Shown: piece after piece, positions 20,545-28,333 of the stretch
Layout: the number at the start of each line of letters is the position of its first letter
Position numbering within the stretch: the first letter of the stretch is position 1
Origin: an uncultured Actinomycetes bacterium
Lineage (GTDB): Bacteria > Actinomycetota > Thermoleophilia > RBG-16-64-13
DNA: 64,000 nt
Direction of reading: 5' to 3'
Assembly (NCBI GenBank): GCA_963841735.1
Contig: CAWJDT010000001.1
Location: 192,001 to 256,000 of the forward strand
Program-made: the position numbers and the translations under genes
The notes under the pieces: model-generated
Seen by the model: the letters and a program-made list of their open reading frames with translations, nothing else
What the model was told of the DNA's origin: nothing
Databases searched by the model: none

Positions 20545-21714
20545 TTACAGTTGGCCGGCTTTAGGCCTCGCGTCGAGGACCGCCTGCGCTTCAGCCTCGT
20601 AGTCCTGGTAGTACGACGCGTATTCCGCGGACTTTGCAGCTATGAAGTCCAGGATCTCCTGACCCTGGTCGGCGTACGGACTGTCACTAGTCGCGAACTG
20701 ATCGAGCCAACGCTGCCAGACGGGCTGCAGTGCCTCTGTCCAGAGCGCGTACTCTTCGGCGGTGGGTTGATAGATGGGGGGATGGCCCAGCTTTACGTCC
20801 TGAGCCTCCAGATTAACCTTGCTTTCATTCGTAGCCTTCTCATTCGCTATCGAGTAGATGACTGAAGGTATCTGGCCTGTCGCGGTCATGATGGCGTCTT
20901 GAACGTTCGGGGGCATGGAATTCCAGACGTCCTTGTTCATGCAGATGACCCAGGGGCGATACATCAGCTCCAGCGTGGTGCGATATTCCGTAAACCTGAC
21001 CGCGCCAGAAATGAAGACCAGCGACCAGCTAAGGAAGGCGCCGTCGGCAAGCCCTCTCTCCAGCGAAGTCCCCAGATCACCGAGCGGGATGTCGATAGCC
21101 TCTGCACCCAACTGCTCGAGAATCCAGGACTCGACTTTGCCGCCGGAGCGCATTTTCACGCCGGCAAGGTCCGCGGGGACCTTGACTTCCTTGTTGCCCA
21201 CGTACTGAGCGCCCGCGATGCAGGTGATGGCGAGAACCTTGACGTCCTTCATCTCATCGCTGTACGTATTCGCAACGTCCCACATCACAGCCGCACCAAC
21301 GGCCGGATTCGGGAACAGCTTGGGCAGAGAGCCCACTTCGAACACTTTGAAGGCACCGGCGGTGTACTCAGGCTCAATCACGGACAGGTCGCTCGCACCC
21401 GAGACCAGGAAGTCGTACTGCTGCTCGTCCTTGGCCAGAGTACCGTCGGAATAGTGCTCGATGGTCACCCTACCGTCGGTCGCCGCCACCACAGCATCGG
21501 CCCATGGCTTGACGTAGGCTATACCAAGGCTGGACGCACTGGGAACGCCATAGGAGAACTTCAGATTCCATGTCTGCCCGGTGTCTGCGACCGGCGTGGC
21601 CGTAGTCACGGTGGTGTCGTCGGTCTTATCCCCGCCGCACGCCGACAAGACGGCGACGAGACCCAAAACCAACGCCAGGACCAAGAGAACGATAGCCCAT
21701 TTGCTCTTTTTCAT
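20545..21714 (-). CDS. dctP: TRAP solute-binding lipoprotein
   Basis: Lipobox LSACG, DLAGVKMRSGG (conserved carboxylate-binding Arg), MNKDVWNSMP; ATG at 21714. Confidence 0.92.
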   Translation of the reverse strand: MKKSKWAIVLLVLALVLGLVAVLSACGGDKTDDTTVTTATPVADTGQTWNLKFSYGVPSASSLGIAYVKPWADAVVAATDGRVTIEHYSDGTLAKDEQQYDFLVSGASDLSVIEPEYTAGAFKVFEVGSLPKLFPNPAVGAAVMWDVANTYSDEMKDVKVLAITCIAGAQYVGNKEVKVPADLAGVKMRSGGKVESWILEQLGAEAIDIPLGDLGTSLERGLADGAFLSWSLVFISGAVRFTEYRTTLELMYRPWVICMNKDVWNSMPPNVQDAIMTATGQIPSVIYSIANEKATNESKVNLEAQDVKLGHPPIYQPTAEEYALWTEALQPVWQRWLDQFATSDSPYADQGQEILDFIAAKSAEYASYYQDYEAEAQAVLDARPKAGQL

Positions 21715-21793
21715 CTCACTCCTCCTCAACCCCATCTTACAGTTCAGAAAACTAGAACACCCTCTCGCACTGTCAAACAGCGAGCTCTAGCCC

Positions 21794-22207
21794 TCACCTC
21801 CCTACAGTCCGTGTAGCTGTTCCTCCGGCACGATGACATAGTGGCCGAAGGCGTCGACCCTGCATACCCATTACAGATATGACGGTGGTCGCCGTCGGCG
21901 TCTGGATGATATTGTCAGCCTCCAGCTTGAGGCCGCCATGCATCGGAGTGGCGGCACACACGTTGGCGAGATAACAGTCGTTCGTCCGAATGACTGCCTT
22001 CGAAGCGTTGCCCGCTCCAATGGCCGTCTTATGAATGAGAAGCTTGCCCGACTTGCTCTTGGACGTCATACGCACTTTCATCATCTCCACGGGCACGCCG
22101 CTCTCGAGCGCACGGCACAGACCCTGGCACCGGATCTCAGCGCACTTCTCCATCACCAGATCGTCACGCGTGACTTCGAACATCTCTACGCCCAAAGGAC
22201 ATTGCAT
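21794..22207 (-). CDS. Hypothetical protein or degraded remnant
   Basis: ATG preceded by AAGGAG; no recognisable motif. Confidence 0.3.
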   Translation of the reverse strand: MQCPLGVEMFEVTRDDLVMEKCAEIRCQGLCRALESGVPVEMMKVRMTSKSKSGKLLIHKTAIGAGNASKAVIRTNDCYLANVCAATPMHGGLKLEADNIIQTPTATTVISVMGMQGRRLRPLCHRAGGTATRTVGR

Positions 22208-22277
22208 TCTCCTTCAGCGAAGCACGGTTGCTGTACCTCTGGCCCCATGGGGCCAGAGGTACAGCCGTCAGGCCGGT

Positions 22278-23456
22278 TTAGAGTTCGACGAATTGAACGA
22301 ATACCGGGTTGGGAACTGAAACCTCCGTCAGGACCTTCAGGCTTCCATCATCTGCATTCACTGCATATGACCGGATCACATCCGCCGGGCGGTCCGGGAC
22401 GAGCAAGAACGCGCCTGAAGGCGACATCGTCATGCAGCGTGTCGCCCCTGCGGGATCATCAGACTTGCTGACGGAGACCGATCCCGCCTTCGTTAGATGA
22501 CCATCCGCGGAGATGCTGAACCAGACGATGGTGTCTTCGCCACGGTTGTTCATGTATGCGAAGCGACCGTTCGGATGCACCTGCACGGTGGCCGGCTCGT
22601 TACGGCCCTTGAAGCCCGAGAGCGTCGACTGCTTGTCGATGAACTTGAGCACCCCGGTGGAAGCATCAAAGTCGAAGGACCACAGTTCAGAAGAGAACTC
22701 GCACGTCATGAACATGCGGCCTGTGTTCTTGTCAAAGGCACAGTGCCTAGGACCGGCTCCTTCCGGGCACTGGTAGACGGAGGCGAGCTCCAGTCTGCTC
22801 CCGATCCGGTAGACGTAGACCCGGCCGCCCGCCTTCTCACACGCCACCACGTATTTGCCTGACGGATCGATGACCACTTGATGCGCGTGAGGACTGGCCT
22901 GCGAGTGGCCTCCGCCCTGCGGGGAATCGTTCGGGTCGACGCCGTGCCCGGTGAATACATGCACGTCCTGAACATCGCCGATGGAACCGTCCGCGGCAAG
23001 TTCGTACTGGACTACGGTCGAATCGTCGTATTCGAACTTCTCAGCCCACTTGCCATCAGAGGTCTCGACGACCTTTACCACCCAGTCGAAGAAGGCATGG
23101 TTGGCGGTATAGAGACGCTTCTCTTCCTCGTCCACTGTGACCGCGGCCGGCATCGCTCCGACAGACGGCTGCGAGTTGATGAAGGTCAGCTGTCCGGACT
23201 TCTGATCTACCTTCCACGCCGACACGTTAGAGGCCGGCTTGATGGGCCCGCGTCCGTCGGTCTTTCTTTCGTCGCACGCATAGAGGACTCCCGCTTTTGG
23301 TGCATACGCGAGATAGCCCGGCCTCTTCGGCTTGTCATCCACCCCGCCGATAGCGGTGATCTTGCTTCCGTCCTCGCTGACTTCGAAGATCTTGATGCCG
23401 CCGCCCTGAAAATTCGCAACGTGGTTACACCCCACGTAGGCAATCAGCTTGCTCAT
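22278..23456 (-). CDS. Lactonase family (6-phosphogluconolactonase/cycloisomerase beta-propeller)
   Basis: QASPHAHQVVIDPSG, GAGPRH, VHPNGRFAYMNNRGEDTI, NPVFV. Confidence 0.88.
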   Translation of the reverse strand: MSKLIAYVGCNHVANFQGGGIKIFEVSEDGSKITAIGGVDDKPKRPGYLAYAPKAGVLYACDERKTDGRGPIKPASNVSAWKVDQKSGQLTFINSQPSVGAMPAAVTVDEEEKRLYTANHAFFDWVVKVVETSDGKWAEKFEYDDSTVVQYELAADGSIGDVQDVHVFTGHGVDPNDSPQGGGHSQASPHAHQVVIDPSGKYVVACEKAGGRVYVYRIGSRLELASVYQCPEGAGPRHCAFDKNTGRMFMTCEFSSELWSFDFDASTGVLKFIDKQSTLSGFKGRNEPATVQVHPNGRFAYMNNRGEDTIVWFSISADGHLTKAGSVSVSKSDDPAGATRCMTMSPSGAFLLVPDRPADVIRSYAVNADDGSLKVLTEVSVPNPVFVQFVEL

Positions 23457-23486
23457 ACATTTGCTCCTGTCTATCGCTTGGGTACC

Positions 23487-24641
23487 CTAGATTCTCTCGG
23501 GGATGCCGGGAAGATCGGGGTATTTGGCAGCGATCTTCTTCAGCTCAGGATTGTCGAGCTCCAACATCCAGCCCTTATCCCATGCGACCTTGCCGGCGAT
23601 CTTGAGGTCGATATCCATGAGGTCACCGGTAACATGGGGGTAGAAGTTGTAGTTCGGGTTGGCCGGGGCGGAGCCCAGGTGCCAATGCACGCAGCGCGGA
23701 CCCGAATGCTCGATGATGCGCCTGTAAGTGTCGTTCGGGCACTGGTCTTTCGTTACGTTGGCGTTCGGGTGGATGCCGAAGTGGAAGGTGTCGAACTTCT
23801 TCATGCCTTCGCCGACTCTTTCCTCCAACTCGCCCAGGGTGTGCTTGAGCAGATCGGCTTCCTTGCCGCCGGTGATGCTCACCATCTTGCTGTCTTTGAC
23901 CTCGATCTTGATCGGCGTCTCCCAGACCGGGGGCAGGCCCATGTAGCGAGCCCAATAGGGCAGCATGCGATCGAAGTACATGACGCCATTGACGTTCTTG
24001 CAGTTGACCGGCGGGTGCACCCACTCAGGCCATGGGATGTAGTGGCTCGCATCCTTGCGCCAGGAGTTGTAGGGCATACCGGGGATACCCTCACGCTTCA
24101 CGGGGTCAAGGATGTTACCCGTAAGCTGTGAGCCGTTGGCCGCGCTCATCTCGAACTCGGCCATGTGGTTCATGAACGGGTTGGAGCTGAGGTGGCGAGC
24201 CATGACCACGAGTTCGTGTGGGGTCCGGGCCCAGTCGGTCATCATGAGCCCGGTGGTGACTGGGAACATGCGGCAGTACCAGGTCTTGCACTCTTCGATG
24301 TACTGCCGAAACTCTGCGTTCTCTTCGATGGCCAAGTCGAGGGAGAAGTTGAAGAAGACGTCGGCGTTGGTGATAGCGCCCTTGAGGATGGGCGGCACCC
24401 GCCACTCGTGCTTCTTCATTACCTCGTCTAGCCAGAGCACCGTGCAGTTGGCACCGCGCGACGCGCAAACCGCCTGGACCCAACTCACGGCGGTAGGATC
24501 GACATGGTTGGCGCTACCATAGGCACCGTCGATGTGGGCCCCGATGAGGACCTCCATACCCGGCTTGATCTCGGCGTTGTGATCCACCAACTGGATAAGC
24601 GCGTCCATCGCCGCCTTGGGGATTCCCAATGGATTACTCAT
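23487..24641 (-). CDS. M29 aminopeptidase/NicX-fold metalloprotein of unknown function
   Basis: PIKIEVKDSKMVSITGGKEA, HFGIHPNA...VHWHLG...HVTGD spacing resembles the M29/CgnE/NicX C-terminal metal-binding region (fold call is inference). Confidence 0.6.
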   Translation of the reverse strand: MSNPLGIPKAAMDALIQLVDHNAEIKPGMEVLIGAHIDGAYGSANHVDPTAVSWVQAVCASRGANCTVLWLDEVMKKHEWRVPPILKGAITNADVFFNFSLDLAIEENAEFRQYIEECKTWYCRMFPVTTGLMMTDWARTPHELVVMARHLSSNPFMNHMAEFEMSAANGSQLTGNILDPVKREGIPGMPYNSWRKDASHYIPWPEWVHPPVNCKNVNGVMYFDRMLPYWARYMGLPPVWETPIKIEVKDSKMVSITGGKEADLLKHTLGELEERVGEGMKKFDTFHFGIHPNANVTKDQCPNDTYRRIIEHSGPRCVHWHLGSAPANPNYNFYPHVTGDLMDIDLKIAGKVAWDKGWMLELDNPELKKIAAKYPDLPGIPERI

Positions 24642-24678
24642 TCTTTCTCTCCTTTTTCGCTAATTCTGTATACCTGCA

Positions 24679-25197
24679 CTACCGCGCCGCACTGCTTTCT
24701 GCCTGCACCCTCGAAACGTACTGCACGCTGAGCTCTACATCCGTCAATCCAAGTTCGGCCAACGCCTGCTTCCTCAGCTTGCTTAGCGAAACGGCCAGCT
24801 GGTCGCGTTCGTCGGGTGTCAAGACCGACATGATCCGCTTGTCGGTCTCGTTGTGGAGCGATTGCCGGAGCGTCTCCGACCCCTTCTTGGTCAACTTGAC
24901 CACCGTCTTCGAACGACCCGAGCCCTGGTGCCTCGTCACCAAACCGTCCTTCTCCATCCTCTTGAGCATCTCGGTGATGGATTGGAGTTCCCTGAAGAAC
25001 CGACGACCGATCTCAGACGGAGTCGCTTGACCACCGTAGCTCTGGATCACCCACAAGAGGGCTCGTCGCTCGTTGCTGATGCCATACGGCTCATACTCGA
25101 CTTGGCGGGCCCTTAGGATGGCGTCCTTCGTCTGTGCTACGAGCACGAAGAGACCGAAATACTCGTCTGCCTTGAGCTCGCAGCCATCTGACACCAT
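24679..25197 (-). CDS. MarR-family transcriptional regulator
   Basis: TPSEIG...SITEMLKRMEKDGLV...VKLTKKG. Confidence 0.88.
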   Translation of the reverse strand: MVSDGCELKADEYFGLFVLVAQTKDAILRARQVEYEPYGISNERRALLWVIQSYGGQATPSEIGRRFFRELQSITEMLKRMEKDGLVTRHQGSGRSKTVVKLTKKGSETLRQSLHNETDKRIMSVLTPDERDQLAVSLSKLRKQALAELGLTDVELSVQYVSRVQAESSAAR

Positions 25198-25305
25198 GTC
25201 AGCCCCTGTATCTAAGTTCGTATACGAAGTTGAGCGAGCGTATCGCACCCTAGAGCCAAAGTCAATAACCTCCTCTGTCGTCGCGTTTGCAGACAGAACC
25301 GGCCC

Positions 25306-26694
25306 CTATTTCCCGCTCTTGAACGCCGCGTACTCGGCCATCCGCGAAAGCACGTACACCGCCCGCTTGGGATCAGAATAGGCCGCCACACCACGGTCAG
25401 CCAGGAAGGCGTACATCTCGGGCTCCGACTCGGGCAGCGCAAACACAGACACGGCCAGTGGTTTGCTGATGCTCTTGGCCGCGGCAGCCACATGCTCCAT
25501 ACAAGCCTGGACGGGCGTCGCTATCACCAGGATCATGTCGATGCCCTCATCCTCGGCCACGATCTCGATGGCCTTGGCATACAGGCTTGGATCCAGCAGC
25601 GAGGCCACGCCGGTGTCGATTGGATTGCCGAATCCTGTGCCCACAGGCGGGAGCACTTCGCGCAGACGTGCGATGGTCTTCTCGCTAGGCCGCGGAACTT
25701 CCAGGCCCATGGAGTAGCAGTTGTCGGCCGTGCCGACACCCGTACCGCCTTGGCCGGTGATGATGGCCACACGATTGCCCTTGGGCAGCGGCAGATAGTT
25801 GAAGGCCACCGCGCACTCCACCACGTCTTGCACGCTGTGCACCTGGATGATGCCGGCCTGCTTGAACATGGCCTGCCAGATGGCGGTAGAGCCGGCCAAC
25901 GCCCCGGTATGCGAAGCGGCGGCCCGCGCGCCCTGCTCGCTCATGCCGCCCTTCCAAAGGATGATGGGCTTCGTCTTGGAGACCTCGCGGGCCACCTCGA
26001 AGAAGCGACGACCGTCCTTGACGCCTTCCATGTACGAGACGATGGTCTTGGTCTGATCGTCTTGGCCCAGAAACTCCAGGTAGTCCTCGGCGGCCAGGTC
26101 GCACTCGTTACCGCAACTGACCACGCTACTGAAGCGCACGCCCTTGGTGGAGAGGAACCAGACCAGATAGTCGACGAAAGAGCCACTCTGAGAGACACCG
26201 CCGACAGTGCCCATCTCAGTGGGGACGCCCTTCATGAGCACCTGCGGATAGGTGACCACGCCGTTGCGCGGGTTGAAGAAGCCCAGGCAGTTGGGACCGA
26301 CGATGCGGCAACCGCCTTCGCGCCCGATGCGCCCTATCTCCTTCTCGAGCTCTTTGCCCTCGGGGCCCAGCTCACCAAAGCCGGATGCGAACACCACGGC
26401 GCCGCCGACCTCGTTCTGCACGCATTCCTTCACCAGCCCCAGCACCGCGTCGGGCGGGGTCAGCAGGATGGCTAGGTCGAGCTTCTCGGGGACGGCACTG
26501 ATGCTCGGATAGCACTTGATTCCCAGGACTTCCTCGCGCTTGGGATTGATCGGGTACAGCTTCTTGCAGCCGGCGTCCCGCATACCTTCCACGAATAGGC
26601 GTCCGAAGCTGCCTTCCTTATCAGTGGCCCCTACCAGTGCCACCGACTGAGCGTCGAAGATACGCTTGAGTTGTTCAATAGTCTCTGCCGACAT
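25306..26694 (-). CDS. acdA: Acyl/acetate-CoA ligase (ADP-forming) alpha subunit
   Basis: SVALVGAT, IVGPNCLG, SQSGS, ASHTGALAG (phospho-His), NPIDT. Confidence 0.92.
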   Translation of the reverse strand: MSAETIEQLKRIFDAQSVALVGATDKEGSFGRLFVEGMRDAGCKKLYPINPKREEVLGIKCYPSISAVPEKLDLAILLTPPDAVLGLVKECVQNEVGGAVVFASGFGELGPEGKELEKEIGRIGREGGCRIVGPNCLGFFNPRNGVVTYPQVLMKGVPTEMGTVGGVSQSGSFVDYLVWFLSTKGVRFSSVVSCGNECDLAAEDYLEFLGQDDQTKTIVSYMEGVKDGRRFFEVAREVSKTKPIILWKGGMSEQGARAAASHTGALAGSTAIWQAMFKQAGIIQVHSVQDVVECAVAFNYLPLPKGNRVAIITGQGGTGVGTADNCYSMGLEVPRPSEKTIARLREVLPPVGTGFGNPIDTGVASLLDPSLYAKAIEIVAEDEGIDMILVIATPVQACMEHVAAAAKSISKPLAVSVFALPESEPEMYAFLADRGVAAYSDPKRAVYVLSRMAEYAAFKSGK

Positions 26695-26698
26695 ACCG

Positions 26699-27397
26699 TC
26701 ACTCTCCCAGGATCACGCGGGCATCGACGGCAATGGCACCCTTGGAGTACGCGAAGATGGGATTGAGATCCATCTCCTTGACCTCCGGGGTCTTGGCCAC
26801 GAAGTCCGACAAACGCATTAGGATGTCTTCGAGCGCGGCCTTGTCTACCGGCTCAGAGCCGCGGAACCCTTCCAAGAGTCGCGCCGCCTTGATCTCGGCG
26901 ACGGCCTTGGTGGCATCGCCCTTGGTGAGGGGCGCAAGCTTGAAGCTCACGTCCTTGAGCACCTCCACCCACACGCCGCCCAGCCCGAACATAAGCACAG
27001 GGCCGAACTGCGGGTCGGTCGCCATGCCCACGATGACCTCCAGCCCAGGCTTGGCCATGTCCTGCACGCTCACGCCTTCGATAGCGGCGGCCGGGTTGTA
27101 GGCCTTGCACGAAGCCATGATGGCGTCCCAGGCGTCGCCGACCGCGTCAGCGTCGGCTAGGCCCACCTTGACTCCACCGGCGTCGCTCTTGTGAGAGATG
27201 TCCTGCGAGGACACCTTGAGCACGCACGGGTAACCGATCCTCTTGCTCAGAGCCACCGCTTCTTCCTTGGAGGTGGCCAGCATCATCTGAGTTGTGGGGA
27301 TGCCAAGGCTGCGGAGCAGATCCTTGGATTCCATCTCGGTGAGAACGGTCCGCGACTCTTTGCGGGCCCTCTCGATTATTTCCTTCGCACTAGCCAT
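26699..27397 (-). CDS. acdB: Acyl/acetate-CoA ligase (ADP-forming) beta subunit (ATP-grasp)
   Basis: HKSDAGGV, DPQFGPVLMFGLGG, EMDLNP, AVDAR. Confidence 0.92.
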   Translation of the reverse strand: MASAKEIIERARKESRTVLTEMESKDLLRSLGIPTTQMMLATSKEEAVALSKRIGYPCVLKVSSQDISHKSDAGGVKVGLADADAVGDAWDAIMASCKAYNPAAAIEGVSVQDMAKPGLEVIVGMATDPQFGPVLMFGLGGVWVEVLKDVSFKLAPLTKGDATKAVAEIKAARLLEGFRGSEPVDKAALEDILMRLSDFVAKTPEVKEMDLNPIFAYSKGAIAVDARVILGE

Positions 27398-27466
27398 TTG
27401 TTACCTCAGAGTGTCAAAGCTCTTTTCGTGGAGGCCTGGTCCCGCGGCTCGGCCTCCACCACAAAC

Positions 27467-27498
27467 GTCCTCGCGGCGCCCGAAGGCGCCGCGAGGAC
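27467..27498 (-). terminator. Stem-loop with UUCG loop after the BKACE gene (second hairpin at 27428-27459)
   Basis: GTCCTCGCGGCGCC-CGAA-GGCGCCGCGAGGAC, perfect 14-bp stem. Confidence 0.65.
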
Positions 27499-27514
27499 TT
27501 GGATCTTGTCGCTG

Positions 27515-28333
27515 CTAGACGTTGACCAGGTCTGGGTGGAGCTTCAGACGCTCTACCACTTCCTGCACCGTGGCCGGCACCAGGTTCATGGACTTGGCCA
27601 CGCCCACCAACTGCTCGACCAGCTGAGCGTTGGACGTGGCGAGTTCTTTCGGCCTGATGTACAACGTGTCCTCAAGACCGACGCGCGCGTTGCCACCCAT
27701 GGCGAGGCCGATGGTGGTAAGCGGCAGGTTGGCCTTGGAGATGGCGATCACCTGCCAGCTGGTGTCCTCGGGCAGCTCACGCACGCAGTAGGCGAGCAGC
27801 ATGGGGTCGGCCTTCATGCCGCCGGGGGTGCCCATCACAAAGGAGACCTGCAACGGCAGCGTGACAAGCCCCTTCTTCACTAGGTTCAGCATGAGGGGGA
27901 TGTGACCCGTGTCGTAGATCTCGATCTCGGGCTTGATGCCCAGCTCGAGCATGCGCTCGGCGAGTTTGTACATCATCTTGGGCGGGTTGAGGAACTCGTT
28001 GTCACCCATGGTCATGCTGGCGGGGTTGAGGGTAGCCATGGCCGGCTTGGCCTCGACGATCTTCATGCGCTCCTCGTACGGCATGCCGCCGCCGGTGGAG
28101 AGCTGCACGATTCCCGGGCAAGCCTCGCGGACGAGTTCGACGGTCCTCCTGGCGACGTCAAGATCGCAGCTGAACTGGTCGTTGTCGCGCAAATGGATGT
28201 GGATGACGGATGCGCCGGCCTCATAGGCGCCCTTCGCGGCCTCCGCGATCTCCTCCGGGGTGGTCGGCATGGCCGGAGTGTCCTTCCTGAGGGCCGCGGG
28301 GCCGGTGAGTGAAGCGGTGATGATCGGATTCAT
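27515..28333 (-). CDS. Beta-keto acid cleavage enzyme (BKACE/Kce family), candidate triacetate acetoacetate-lyase
   Basis: IITASLTG, PTTPEEIA, IHIHLR, STGG, EIEIYD, RVGLED; ATGA overlap with the upstream alpha subunit. Confidence 0.9.
   Translation of the reverse strand: MNPIITASLTGPAALRKDTPAMPTTPEEIAEAAKGAYEAGASVIHIHLRDNDQFSCDLDVARRTVELVREACPGIVQLSTGGGMPYEERMKIVEAKPAMATLNPASMTMGDNEFLNPPKMMYKLAERMLELGIKPEIEIYDTGHIPLMLNLVKKGLVTLPLQVSFVMGTPGGMKADPMLLAYCVRELPEDTSWQVIAISKANLPLTTIGLAMGGNARVGLEDTLYIRPKELATSNAQLVEQLVGVAKSMNLVPATVQEVVERLKLHPDLVNV

Noticed and set aside
7380-21820. CCTACA...TAG elements upstream of both dctP paralogs (about 7384 and 21801) as a shared response-regulator site
   Set aside because: The match is too short and the spacing differs, so it cannot be told from chance by eye.
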